From Octopus vulgaris (taxonomy: Eukaryota), in the NCBI GenBank assembly GCA_951406725.2, contig OX597831.1, positions 50,034,001-50,098,000 on the forward strand: a stretch of DNA of 64,000 bases, read 5' to 3'. Of this stretch, positions 51,263 to 64,000 are shown piece by piece. The notes beneath the pieces were generated by a model. The model saw only the letters and a list, made by a program, of their open reading frames with translations, did not search any database and had not been told where the DNA came from. The position numbers and the translations under genes are program-made. The number at the start of each line of letters is the position of its first letter. The first letter of the stretch is position 1.

Positions 51263-51720
51263 GGGCTACCGCAAATATTCTGCTCAATACCACAGATTTG
51301 CTTGTCAGTTGTTTGACCTTAACCAGTTGATCATGTCCCTTAGTGGCTGACGATATGTGCATCTCTGATCACGAGCAGAAGTAGTGGGGGAGCATCATAG
51401 CCATGTGTTGAGAGGGATTCTTTGGGGTTTGAATAATTCACCTCTGGAAACATGGGTGGTTCTTTCAACATCCTTAAACAACCCTTATTCATGGACCTTT
51501 TGAGCGGGATGGGCTACTCAACCTGAAGAAAATTCTAATTGGGCCCCACCTGCAAGGTCATGTGCTGTTTATCTTGATATGAGATCACCATGTCGCGCAC
51601 ATATGGTTGTGATGCATGTGCCTGGTGTACCCTTATCAGACGAGTAGTCATGATGGGTATATTGGGCTTCGTATATTTTACCCCAGTGTCAATTTGATGG
51701 CATGCACTGCTCTCTCACTC
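51263..51720 (+). mobile_element. TAA-flanked non-coding retroelement 3' portion
   Basis: (TAA)n on both sides, with a homologue at 2589-2763. Confidence 0.7.
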
Positions 51721-51779
<59 letters not shown>

Positions 51780-51789
51780 TATAGAAATG

Positions 51790-52160
51790 TTCACCCCCTT
51801 CTATAACCTCTCTTCTGATGATATTACCTCTTCAGTTACCGAACATGGTCCTCAAAATTCACCTAATTGTAATTGCCGTCCTGGAACAACCTGTCCGCTA
51901 CCAATCCATTGCAGAAGATATAATGTAATCTACAAATGCACGGTCCATAACCAATTACACAACTCTACAGCCATATACATAGGATCAACAAAAAAGTTTA
52001 AGCAACAATATGCCACTCATCTCCACTCTTTTAGATACGATAAACATAGTAAATCTACAATACTCGCCAACCACATACATCATCTCAAAAATGCAAATAC
52101 ACCCTATACTCTATCATGGTCCATACGAGACTCAGGACTTCCCTACCGAGGTCAACGCCC
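51790..52160 (+). mobile_element. Penelope-like GIY-YIG endonuclease fragment
   Basis: CNCR....CPL...C....VIYKCTV...YIGST.KFKQ.Y..H..SFR......ST.LANHI..LK......LSWSI. Confidence 0.85.
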
Positions 52161-52486
52161 AACCTGTTGTTATTTAGCCTCAAATAAACCCTGATACTGC
52201 AAATCTATCATCAAAGACATTTCAGCCTTCAGCAAACCGTCTTTTGGGCGTGTGATTTAGGTAGCGGGACACTTTAGCTACTACTTTTAGCGTGTTGAGC
52301 GACCAGGGAGAGGCTCTTTCATTGGTTCGATTGCATGATGAGATTTCTTTTACACATATATGTAACATGTATATATATCATTGGCAGAAGTTAGAGAGTA
52401 AGTAAAAAAACTGAGAGTTTCGTGTATTGGCACTTATCAAACACGAATTTGTCCATTGTCACTCTGTAACTTCTGGCGAAATAACT

Positions 52487-52852
52487 TCTAAGATACAAAA
52501 TTTTGTCAAATACCTAATGAGTGAACCCTGTTCTATGTGAGACTTTTTACCAGTATCGGCAGTTTGAAAGTGTTTAGTTAAAAAATCAACTAAATAATCT
52601 GTACGTCTAATTGAATAGATCCGAAATGGATGAAAGGCAAAGTCGACCTGGCGGAATTTGAGTTCAGAACGTTAAGGCAGACGAAATACCGCTTCTAATA
52701 TACAAATTTTTGTCAAAAAAGTTAATAATAAACCCTGTTCTATGTGATATAGTGATATATTCTACCAGTATCGGAAGTTTGAAAGTGTTTAGTTAAAAAA
52801 AAACAATTAAATAATTTGTACGTCAAAGTCGACCTCGGCGAAATTTGAACTT
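52487..52852. repeat. Local tandem duplication (about 120-bp unit, each followed by a SINE fragment)
   Basis: 52487-52607 and 52694-52824 share aaccctgttctatgtga...taccagtatcgg.agtttgaaagtgtttagttaaaaaa...tgtacgtc. Confidence 0.85.
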
Positions 52853-53460
52853 TAAAAAAACTGAAAATAAATAATTGAAATTAAAAAAAAAAAAACGTAT
52901 AGACACACGAAATACTGTTCATCAGTTCACCTGCTGCGCTAAGATTTTTGCCAGCTTGCCGCCTTGGAACGTAGATATTAATTTTAGAAATATACTCTTT
53001 ACTCTTATGGCTGAAGAGTTATTTCCTTACCTAAGAACACTTTTGCTGCTAATTTTTGTTCAATGCGACTAACGATTCTGAATTCCTCATGCATTTTTCT
53101 ATCATTTAAGCCTAAGAAAGCTATACTTTTAATTTAAAATTTAAAAAATTTATGTTAATTGAAAATGAATATCTGTCTTACTGCACCCCCACCCGACCCC
53201 TTGAGTTCGCAGATATTTTTATGTAACTTTTTTCTACCGAATCAAATCTCAAACTATTTATGCCAAAGTTTAGCCGAAGATGCGTTCTCTTTAAATCTTT
53301 TAACATTTTGCAATTTAGTTGAGAACTGAATTAGTGATGAAGCTTGAAAGGTGTTGAGATTGACGAAAAGGTGGACTTAAGAATATATTCAATCACTACC
53401 GTGGTTGAAAGATATATATGCACGTCTACACACACACATATATATATACACACACACACT

Positions 53461-53495
<35 letters not shown>

Positions 53496-53778
53496 GGATG
53501 CCCAAAGGCCCAGTGGTTAGGGAAGCGGATGCGCGGTCGTAGGATCGCAGTTTCGATTCCCAGACCGTTGTGAGTGTTTATTGAGCGAAAACACCTAAAG
53601 CTCCACGAGGGTCCGGCAGTGGGTGGTGGTGATCCCTGCTGTGGTCTTTCGCCACAACTTTCTCTCACTCTTTCTTCGGTTGGCCTGCTCGCTTAGCCAT
53701 CGGGGTGGCGTCATTTGAAGGCTAAAGCAATGCAAAATGCATTGTTTTAACCTGGTCGCTCACGGTGATCACGGTGAT
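53496..53778 (+). mobile_element. tRNA-derived SINE (fourth family)
   Basis: ggcccagtggttaggg A-box and gtttcgattccc B-box, short cacggtgat repeat tail, flanked by (TA)n. Confidence 0.7.
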
Positions 53779-54003
53779 TATATATATATATATGTATATA
53801 CGTCACGGTTTACATCTACCAAATCCATCCACAAAGTTTTGGTTGACCCGACAGAGTAGTGCGACCCGAAAAGATCTTGGTACAAGAAGTTAATAAGTAT
53901 TAAGCATGTATAAGGCTTGTATAGAGAATAGCAATGAATTTACCTTCTGTATCCCCTAATCTTCAATATATACATATATATGTGTGTGTGTGCGTGTGTG
54001 TGT

Positions 54004-54035
<32 letters not shown>

Positions 54036-54037
54036 TT

Positions 54038-54089
<52 letters not shown>

Positions 54090-54499
54090 AATCGACCAGA
54101 ATTTTTGGTCCGTTCTGTATATGTTCAAATGAATTACACATAAAAACTTGTATCAGTTTGGTGATTAACAATTCAAGAACTTACAGAATTACTTGAGACT
54201 CTACCTGAAGCCATTTTAAATGGAAATGCACTTAATTTGCGTTGGTCTAAGTCCTCTGTGATTTTTCAAACGAGTACAAGTAATCTATCGGTATTAATTT
54301 TGTGGATTGCATCAGTACGAAGTAAATGTTACTATCGAGTTTAGCTAAATGAAAATCATCGATAATGTTTTACAGTGTTACATGTAAATATTAGGATATG
54401 TAAAGACAGGAGTTTGCTGGAATTGCTGTGGCAGAAGACAAAATACGTTGTGGTATTTTGTTAGCTTTCTGTACAACGAGAGCAACCAGCGTCTACACG

Positions 54500-55590
54500 T
54501 TGATGGAATGACATCATCAGTCTTCAAAGTTCAATTTTATAACTGGCCTAAAGAAAAAGAAAGAGGCAAAAATTAAAACATAAAAGAAAGAAAAAAGAAA
54601 AGGAAAAGAAGAATATTTAATCAAATAGTTTTGTGTAAATTTGATGAAATTCTCCTGTCGGTTTTTCATTTCTCCAGAGTGTCATGTTAATATCCCGCAA
54701 ATATGTTTCATCTCGTGCATTTTGAGTACTGAAAGTGTGGCAGACTCAGAATATTTTCTGAGAATATGCACTTTCAAGTCTTTTTCAAAATTGCAGCCGT
54801 TTGATGCAAAATGTTCGATAAGGTCTGTTGAACTACTGTTGTTATATGTACCCATTGACTCTTTTGTTTAATTGTTTTGTGGTACAAACAGCATAAGTCA
54901 AGTTGTGTTTGTTACATTCTACCGCGTAAACCAAATGGGGATATCTAGATGTCCCATCTTCTGAATAATTCAAAACATTTCTGTTATGTTTCCTGATGGA
55001 ATTCACTTGACACATGTTTTTACACAGTGAACAGGGCTTATCTCTCTTGCGGCTGTTTTTCAAGCTACATCGTGCAGACACTCCAATGTTAGCTATCGTA
55101 GAGTCCGAAGTAGAGGGTAATAGTTCTTTCATATTTTTACACCGTCTAAAGACTACAATAGGCGGCTGAGGAAATATTTGTTTGAAATGAGGATATTTTT
55201 TCGCAACATGCAGGTAATTTTCATGCAACAGTTTTATAATGCTAGCGAAATTTTGGTGCCAGATAATCACTGAAGGAATTCTGTCATATATTGTAATTTG
55301 TTTGCTAAAATTTATGAGTGAAGGTTTGACTTTCTTTGCTAATCTTAGCTATGTCATTTGCTATTGCCTTTAATCGTGATTCACTGTCACCTGCGTTTTA
55401 CATAATGGTGTACAAAAGCATTTGCATGTTTCCAGTGATCTCCTATGTCAGTACAAATCTGTCTTATCTTGTGAAATTGTGATTTCGGATTTGACCGAAT
55501 TATATGATGTGGGTGATCGAAGCGGCAGTAGGGGTAAATGTGGGATGACGTGGGCTTGCAAAATAAGTCTGTCACTATTTTTCCCCCAGA
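54500..55590 (-). mobile_element. Penelope-like element 3' part (RT thumb, Cys linker, decayed GIY-YIG), Neptune-like
   Basis: TDLFCKPTSSHIY....HPHH.IRS.PKSQF.KIRQICT, FKQIFPQPPIVVFRRCKNMKELL, CSLC and LVYAVECNKH...T.KQLNKRVNG. Confidence 0.85.
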
Positions 55591-55591
55591 A

Positions 55592-55647
<56 letters not shown>

Positions 55648-55679
55648 GAAGAAGAAGAAGAAGAAGAAGAAGAAACTTA

Positions 55680-55975
55680 ACCGGATTATCAATTTTGTCC
55701 GGAGAATAGGCGCCACGAGCAAGTATAACAGGACGATCAATAACCATGCTACCAATATGGACAGCGACCATTTTGGCAAAACGCAAATAAAAACGAAGAA
55801 AAAAATAAAAACAAAAGTTCTTCACTTAATCCCCAATCTAATTATGGGGATAAGAAGCATAACGTACACAAAGGTAAAAACAGGAAGAAACGTGACGTAA
55901 CATGGTACAACCCACCCTTCAATTACATAACAGTTACTAATCTAAGTAAAAAATTACTTTGTATACTAAAGCGTA
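55680..55975 (+). mobile_element. Penelope-like linker fragment
   Basis: 55885-55973 reads RKKRDVTWYNPPFNYITVTNLSKKLL, the PLE 'R.I.WFNPPY...TN' motif. Confidence 0.65.
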
Positions 55976-56411
55976 AGTGTAGACCTGCATACTAAAGCGC
56001 AAGTGTAGACCTGTAAGGCGGAGAGAAGGAATTGGAGAGGGCAGCTACTCTTGGGGTTTCAGGGAAATCTCGGACAGTGGGCTTCCTCGATTATCCCTAG
56101 AAGCCTTTCTGTATCAGGAGGGCCAGATCTCTATCATCCTCTTGGACACTTTCTTTTTTTAACCTTTCTATGACCTGTTACCTATTTCAGTTATGCACTG
56201 TGGCCATTCTGATGCAAGTTTTTGTCGAACAAATAGAGGTCTGCACTTGTTTTTTGAAATCTCGTACTTCATATTCAATCGAATGTTTTTGCCGAAAGCA
56301 CTAAGTTCGGGGAGGTGGGGAGAAAACAATGCTGGTTGTGTGGGTAAAAAGCATAAAGACACAAAAACATACATTTATATATATATATACATACATGCAT
56401 ACATATATATG

Positions 56412-56463
<52 letters not shown>

Positions 56464-56629
56464 GTATATATAAATTTAAATTTAAAATGAGGATGAGAAA
56501 TTAGATATTAATTTAATTAGCATCGATTTCACACCAGTGGTCTAGCATATAAAAAAAAACTGAAGGTTCAGTAAAATTGTATTATATACATATTAGAGGG
56601 AAACCACTATGTGGACACCACTATGCTAG

Positions 56630-56694
<65 letters not shown>

Positions 56695-56706
56695 TGTATA
56701 TATATG

Positions 56707-56897
56707 CGTGGGGTTGTTGGAAGGGCCTGGTTCGAGGCCCAAACTTCCGAATTGTTTTACCGAGATTGGAAACATTAAAGGACATCTGCAAAACTTCTGT
56801 GAAGCTGAGAGGGGAAATTGTTGGATGAAATCATAATTAACTGATCCTGCTGTATATTCTTTTTACTCAAAACCAGGAACTTTTCAGCACCCACTCG
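56707..56897 (+). mobile_element. Mariner-derived MITE
   Basis: Imperfect TIRs cgtggggttgttggaagggcctggtt / aaccaggaacttttcagcacccactcg, with residual transposase C-terminus (VKLRGEIV). Confidence 0.65.
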
Positions 56898-56901
56898 TAT
56901 G

Positions 56902-56963
<62 letters not shown>

Positions 56964-57577
56964 AGCTTCCATACAGTTTCTGTTTACCAAATTCATTCAT
57001 TCACATACAAGGCATTGATCGGCCTGTGACTTATAATAGAAGACACTTGTCCAAGGTGCCGCGGTATGATCCTGGACCAAATTGTTGCAAAACGAGCTTC
57101 GGAACAACACAATCATATCTAAGATAATTCAGAAAGATTTTGATAGTTCAGGTAACTGTAAAATTCGAGCTGAAACGGATACTTGTGTCTATTTTCGGAA
57201 TTTTAATTGTCATTAGCATAACAGACCATTACTACCACGGACAGATTCCTCTCACTCAGTTTTTACATAAAACAGAAACAACAATGCTATAGGATTTGTA
57301 CCATTTGCTCAACATCATAATTCTAAAAGCGAAAGCTTACCTTATTAAATGTTTGCTCTTATCATGCTTTTCACGTATCTCTATTCATGCCTCATTATTG
57401 ATCTGTCCGAAATATGTCTATAACATTTTCTCTCTCTCCCCCTCCCACTGTCTTACAACACAATAAATCGGCGAAGTCTTACAACTTAAAAAGTCGAACA
57501 CATTTGCATGAATATATCCAAGGTTAATTATAAAATAACTAATTTTTGTTTCTTTCGTGTTACTTTTTCACAGACTA

Positions 57578-57614
<37 letters not shown>

Positions 57615-57646
57615 TTTGCAACTACCTAATACATATACCATACCAG

Positions 57647-57687
<41 letters not shown>

Positions 57688-57689
<2 letters not shown>

Positions 57690-58924
57690 GGGCTTGGAGA
57701 AAATAATGGAAACACCTTAAAATTTCAGACAAATTTATTTTAATATGGGGTAGGACCGCCTTTGGCAGTAATTACAGCTTGAATTCTACGAAGTACCGAC
57801 TCGTACAAAGTTTGAATTGTTTCCAAAGAAATTTTTGTCCCTTCTTCAGCTAAAACAGTCCCCAGTTCCTGGTTTTTCTAAAATGCTCCATAAATGTTCA
57901 ATGATATTGAGATCTGGGGACTCTGGCGGGCAGATAAGATGTTCAACTTCACTAGACAGTTCCTTGTGCCATTCAGTAATAAATTTAGCTGTGTGAATTG
58001 GTGAATTATCATCCTGAAAGATTGCGTTTCCTCCCGGAAGTAGCTCCGAAAAATTAAGATGAATTTGACCGGATAAAATGCTTAAATAGTCTTGACTATT
58101 AATTATTCCAGGAAGGGTAACCATTGGGCCGGCCGATTTCCAAGATATAGCTCCCCAGATCATCACAGATCCTTTTCCATATTTAACAGCTGGAAGACGG
58201 CAGTCTGGGTCACATGCTTCTTTTGGCTGTATCCACACGTACACTCGGCAGGTGGTCAGAAATAACATAAAGGATGACTCGTCCGGGAAAAATAACTGCA
58301 CTAGGGACCAGTTCTGTAGGATTTTACTCCACTCTAAACGCTTTGCAACATTTGTTTTTGAAAGCAGTGGTTTTCTGATTGCAGCTCTCCCGTAAAATCC
58401 GGCTTTGTGCAGCTCCCGGCGAACAGAGTTTTTGTGGAAACTGGGTTCTCGAGATGGTGATTAAGCTCTGCAGTAATTTTGGTATGTGTACTTTTGTGAT
58501 CTTTTCTAACAATTCGCGTAAGAGTCCGACGGTCACTATCTGAAAGTTTTGGTTTTCTTCTGGAGTTTTGTTTCGACGAGGATGGAGGTTTTTTTCCCTC
58601 TTTCTCAAAGGCTGTTATAACTCTCGAGACAATACTTCTTGATACACCAACTATTTCACCTTTTTTTCATTATGCCAGTGCCTGCCATAGGATCACCAAC
58701 AATGTGACCTCTTTGAAAGTCCGATAGAGCTGTCATTTTAATGAATTTTAATTACTTTTTCTGATGATATCTGAAAGAAACCGCAAGTTTATCAAAACAT
58801 ATTAAGTAACGCTAATAATAAATAAAAAAAACATAAAAATAAGCGTGCTTTTGACGGTTTTATAGATATTTCAAAATTATGATGCTATGATGCTAGGTGT
58901 TTCCATTATTTTGTCCAACCCCTG
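57688..58924 (-). mobile_element. Tc1-like (DD34E) transposon with pseudogenised transposase (58736-57740)
   Basis: 30-bp TIRs ctgggcttggagaaaataatggaaacacct / aggtgtttccattattttgtccaacccctg with TA on both sides. Motifs LSDFQRG.IVG, DESSF, GSVMIWGAIS, FQDDNSPIH, SPDLNIIEHLW and GGPTPY*. Confidence 0.95.
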
Positions 58925-58940
58925 TATATATATATATATG

Positions 58941-60524
58941 TTAGCAGAGGCACCCAACGTTGTCCGGGAATGGCATTGTTCCTCGTATATTGTAAGAAAA
59001 ATTAAAATATTTTGTAGAGAAATTTGTTACTCTAAATTCAATTTATTCTTCAATTGGGATACAATTTATTCTTCAACTGGGAAATCAATTCTGAATTCAT
59101 AATAAAAAATGATAATAATAACAAAACACGAAAAATTTGACTATATACACAGCGTTGTTCTGGACGAAGTTTAGGTTCATGTTCATTCACAAACGCAGCC
59201 AATTCCGTGATGCCATTATTTCTCTCTCTTGCTACGTGTCTTGAAGTTAAATCACTAATTTGACAATTTGCTTTTGGCAGTCCAGAGCCAGACTCTTGCA
59301 AATTTTTGCCTCCCATGGCCAAAACATGATTCTCAATTTCAATCGGTGCTTGGTTAAAATCAGTTTCAGAGAACTAAATATTGCTATCTGGGTTTGCCTG
59401 TTGAACTACGTACTTTAAGTCCTCAGCCATATCCTTCCGATGTTTCACCCAAAGCTGTAGAGGACTGCCAAGTTGACACATGTTCTGTATAATTGCAAAA
59501 AGTTTATGGAGTTTCCTTAGGGAATCTGATACTGATGCTACGGTCAATGCAAGATCCCAATCCTCAGTATTTTCTAAAAAGACCTCGTTGATAGTATGCT
59601 TCACTATAAGTTTCACATATATGACCATTTACTCTCATCGAACCTTGCAATGATTTGGGACCGCGTACTTCATGCAAAAGGAACCGTAAGTAGTAGCATT
59701 CTGCTTGGATTGCGGGGACACTGTTAAATTTTCATTGAGTCAACCCGTTTCCTCTTGTGCCATTTATTCTTTCTTCATGTGTAATGCTTGGGTAATTGTA
59801 AGTAAAGGAGTTTTTTTGCATCTTCATCTACTTGACACAACTTCAAAAAGGCAGTAAGGGTAGTTTCTTTTGGAGAAATTGCTTCTTGCAAGGCTTTTTG
59901 TTTTGTAAAGAAAACCCTGTGACCATTCCCTAGATGGATATTCCCTAGATGAATGACGGTTGGGTGCCTTTCATGAATGGGAAAGGTGAAGGTGCGCCAA
60001 AAAGCATCATTGGTACTGATGTATCTTCCTCTGGCATACTGTGCCTCTTCGTCATTTTTATTTATCTGCTGACTGCAATTCTGCATAAGAGGATATGTTG
60101 CAGCATCTAAACCTTTGCTTACATGTTTGCAAACATACTTAATAGAGTTAACATAGTTGCAGAATTGAACATTGACTCTGGTTACCTGTGCTCGTCTTTG
60201 CTTCACTGTAGAATACTAATCATCTACATCTGGCCCAAAACCTCTTGTAGAGAGTGAGGACATTGTTCTCGGAAAATGTTTTCGAAAATTGAAATGAAGA
60301 TGAAATGAGAAAATGAAGTACGTGAATGTCTTCAGAAGAGCGATTGAAATAAATGGCGATTGTGGAACGCCCCATGCACGCACACTCATACACATACATA
60401 CAATATCAAACATCAGATGAAATGGACGTGTGTGTGTATGTGAGAGAGAGAGAGAGAAGGGGTGTGTTGTCATGTACGTGTACATACGTAAATATACATA
60501 CATCATTTTTGTATGTTTGTGTGC

Positions 60525-60574
<50 letters not shown>

Positions 60575-61190
60575 GTGCTTCTTAGACATCACTCTCTCTC
60601 GCTTTGTCACATACACACACGCATACATACATAAAAAAAAGCTATATGTATATGTATTTATGTATGTATGCATACATGACAATACATCCTTGACTGATTC
60701 TCTCTGACATATACAAAGAAACACACACACATACAGAATTGTATACAAACGTACATACAAAACCAGACATGTCCGTTTGTGACTGACGCGTGTTTCTGTC
60801 TGTGGGAGAGAGAACATTGCAAACAATGAATGAAATAAACATTAAACAAAAGTATCTTATAAATAAAAGATCGTTAAAACTATCTCGTACCGAATATTTA
60901 AATATGTGAACTTAGTAAATATTTCTTTCAGTAACTTTTCGCAGTTGTTTGCAAATAGCGAATTACACTAACAAGGAAAACATTAAAATAGAGAGTGAGC
61001 GATCTTGTAAATGAAAACAGAGAATTTCGCTGTTGCTACGTCAATACCGGAACTTGACATTGAGAAACATTTTTAAAGAAGTGAATCATATATAGAAAGC
61101 AATATAATTTATTTTTAGTAAAAAAAAAATAAACTAAACACCCTATTACGTAAAAGCGAATGCACACACACAGGCCTGTTTTATGTAAGA

Positions 61191-61193
<3 letters not shown>
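58941..61193 (-). mobile_element. Internally deleted Helitron with RepHel remnants
   Basis: NVQFCN.VNSIKYVCK.V.KG.D...GRYIS.N.AFWR.F.FPIHERHPTV.HL...TTLTAF..LC (59775-60190). 3' hairpin cccggacaacgttggg followed by CTAA at 58941. Putative 5' end A|TCTTCTTACATAAAAC at 61193. Confidence 0.8.
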
Positions 61194-61221
<28 letters not shown>

Positions 61222-61616
61222 CTCTTTACTCTCTCCTTTACTTGTTTCAGTTATTTTGACTGCTGGAGCACCGCTTTTCGTCGAGCAAATCGACTCCAGG
61301 ACTTATTGTTTGTAAGCCTAGTACTTATTCTATCGGTCTCTTGCCGAACCGCAAAGTTACGGGGACGTAAATACACCAGCATCGGTTGTCAAGCGATGTC
61401 GTGGGAGACAAACACAGACACAAACATATACACACATATACATATATATATTCATATAAACGACGGGCTTCTTTCAGTTTCCGTCTACCAAATCCACTCA
61501 CAAAGCTCTGGTCGGCCCAAGGCTATAGTAGAAGACACTTGCCCAAGGTGCCACGCAGTGGGACTGAACCCGGAACCATAGGGATCGTAAGCAAGCTACT
61601 TACGTCACAGCCACTC
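61222..61616 (-). mobile_element. Composite tRNA/CORE-like SINE with internal microsatellite
   Basis: Head gagtggctgtg...gggttcagtccc, then caccttgggcaagtgtcttc, internal (TG)/(TA) and tail ctgaaacaagtaaa(gagta)n. Confidence 0.85.
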
Positions 61617-61622
61617 GTACGC

Positions 61623-61657
<35 letters not shown>

Positions 61658-62214
61658 AACAAATACATACATAATATTGATATATGTATGGGAAGTAGTA
61701 TGAATCCATATATAATTAGCTGGCTGGCTCCGTATATTTGCTTAATCTCCACGTCGATGCCTGAGAATGTTGCAAGAGACAATATGACATGCTCAAGCTA
61801 AAATCATAATCTCAAGTACTTTTGGAAATATCTTAAAAAACAACAAATTGTTACACTTTATTACTTTTGTTTTTTGTTTTCTTTTTTTTTTTTAACAATA
61901 AACTTAGAAATAACAAAATTGTAAAATTTGACAGACATCATCTCATCTGAAAAGACTGTTTATGATTTTATATTTGGTTGCGCTTCGTATGAAATTTTTT
62001 GTTGAAGAACGTTATACAATTTTTTAAGTCGAGATACCACTTGTCTAAGAGCTTATGTAAATATATATGTCTGCATATAGTCATAAACTTGCGTGTACAT
62101 ATATCTATATTTATGCGTCTATTCATCTAACATATATAGTAACTATGTGTGTATGGATGCATGTATGTGTATATATATATGTGTGTGTGTGTGTGTGGTT
62201 ATACATATTCTTTT

Positions 62215-62472
62215 TTACTCTTTTACTCTTTTATTTGTTTCAGTCATTTGAGTGCGGTCATGCTGCAGCACCACCATTTAGTCGGAGAAATTGACCCCGA
62301 TACTTATTCTTTGTAAGCGTAGTACTTAGTCCATCGGTCTCTTTTGCTGAACCTGAAAGATACGGTGACATCGGTTGTCAAAAGGTTAGCCGAGGGACAA
62401 ACACAGACATACATAAATACACGCCCACATACACACACACAAACACATACACACATACATACATACATACAT

Positions 62473-62505
<33 letters not shown>

Positions 62506-62682
62506 TATATATATATATGTAGGTAACTGGCTTCTTTCAGTTTCCGTCTATCAAATCCACTCACAAGGCTTTGTTTGGCCCCAGGCTATAATAGAAGAAA
62601 GCCGCCCTTAGTGCCACGCAGTGGGATTGAATCCGGAACCATGTGGCTGAAGAGCAAGTTCCTTACCACACGGTCGCGCCAC
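62215..62682 (-). mobile_element. Second full copy of the 61222 SINE family
   Basis: Colinear with 61222-61616. Partial copies at about 29328-29530, 31700-32015, 56960-57115 and 27258-27302. Confidence 0.85.
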
Positions 62683-62695
62683 CACATGTATATAA

Positions 62696-62806
<111 letters not shown>

Positions 62807-63238
62807 CTTTAATCTGTTATTTGTTTCAGTCAACAAACTGCGACCACACTGGGACACCGCTTTGAATTTATATAGGCAGCGACATGCAATGTTTACCAAA
62901 TATGAAAACCATAATTGTCTCTAAATATGACTCGGGTATATAAACGCCTCTAAATATGACTCGGGTATATAAGATATAAACGCCTACATTGCTAGAAATA
63001 AGAGTTAAATTGCTCTAAAGCCGAAGTCAAAGCACATAATTATATACATATATACCGATCTAAAAATTGCTTTGGAAATGGGTTTGACAGCAAAAGATAG
63101 TCGCTCATAGTGTAATATTTTCTGGGTTCATATCAATACAGATATGTAAATATGCATTTATGTAAGTCTGATAATTTACACAGAAATAAGTTTATATAAA
63201 TACATAAATACAAACGAACACACACACATATACACATA

Positions 63239-63369
<131 letters not shown>

Positions 63370-63371
63370 AT

Positions 63372-63600
63372 CTCTGGCCGAAATCAGATCGCCATGTTGA
63401 TTCGTTAGTTACTGCACGCATTTTTTTTCTCTCCTTCTTTCTGTGTTTTTTTTCTCTCTGTGTATCTTTCTGTTGAAGAGCGTAGGCTCGAAACGTTAAA
63501 GACTTGTTTTATTTATATTTCCTGAGCGCCATACTAATACAATTGTTTGTTTGTTTTCCACCTGCCTTCGTCTTTTGTCTATTTTCATAAAGCTTCCCGT
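63372..63600 (+). mobile_element. Family B short PLE-like repeat, best-preserved copy
   Basis: Homologous to 15787-15965 (reverse complement) and 43285-43455. It ends in (TA)n. Confidence 0.75.
63465..63502 (+). ncRNA. Minimal hammerhead ribozyme variant (CUGUUGA core)
   Basis: tcttt-CTGTTGA-a-gagc gtag gctc-GAAA-CG-TT-aaaga. Perfect 5-bp stem I, 4-bp stem II and palindromic ACGT stem III. Confidence 0.7.
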
Positions 63601-64000
63601 TATATATATATATATATATATATAGGCAAATCTGTTGTTGAAAATGCACCTAAATTTGATAAAACTGTAATTATCTTCAAATAAATTTATTTAAATATAT
63701 ACCAAATTAGTTTCAACATTATTTTTGCTTATCAATAGTAAAAATTTAGAATTGTGAATTAGAAAAACATATTTTAAAATTTCAATGTTGACAAGTTTAA
63801 ATGTTCATAACAGGCAATGATATAAACACTGTTGATCAACTTATTTCAATGTACAAAATTCAATAGTCTTAGTGATCGACAAGAACTGAATATCATCAGC
63901 TTCAGTTATACTGAGATAAGAGGGAAAAAACGAGGAGAAATGAAGATAGTAAAACAGGGACCAAAACCGAACTTCAGCAAATGCAAGAAAATGATCCTGT

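Noticed and set aside
51342-51405. CTGACGA within a tggct/agcca hairpin as a ribozyme or SECIS
   Set aside because: It lacks a GAAA box and proper SECIS geometry, so I treat it as a plain hairpin.
54460-54526. CTGATGA...GAAAGCTA downstream of the Neptune-like ORF
   Set aside because: The position is plausible but stem I is absent and stem II has only 3 bp.
55962-56013. Short direct repeats (26 bp x2; also 29 bp x2 at 62919-62986) as a CRISPR-like array
   Set aside because: Simple tandem duplications without spacers, in eukaryotic DNA.

Overview
AT-rich eukaryotic (animal) DNA saturated with microsatellites ((TA)n, (CA)n, (TAA)n, (CATA)n, (GATA)n) and decayed transposons. The SINE repertoire suggests an octopus or other coleoid cephalopod (inference). 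I find no intact host gene, and almost all ORF-track entries are microsatellite artefacts. Recognisable content: RTE, CR1-like and R4/Dong LINE fragments; several Penelope-like element (PLE) RT and GIY-YIG remnants; two Tc1 elements, several mariners, a maT-like remnant, a deleted piggyBac and a Helitron; at least four tRNA-derived SINE families; an initiator tRNA-Met pseudogene; and a retroposed cullin-4 fragment fused to a LINE end. The most striking signal is a set of short non-coding elements, mostly in (TA)n tracts, carrying minimal type I hammerhead ribozyme (HHR) motifs with different core variants. These include a tRNA-headed SINE with an HHR tail, a G3:C8 core-swapped HHR at the apex of a 135-bp near-perfect fold-back (so present on both strands), a CUGUNGA-core family in three copies, and an HHR with a long stem II in another fold-back. 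All RNA folds were read by eye and activity is untested.
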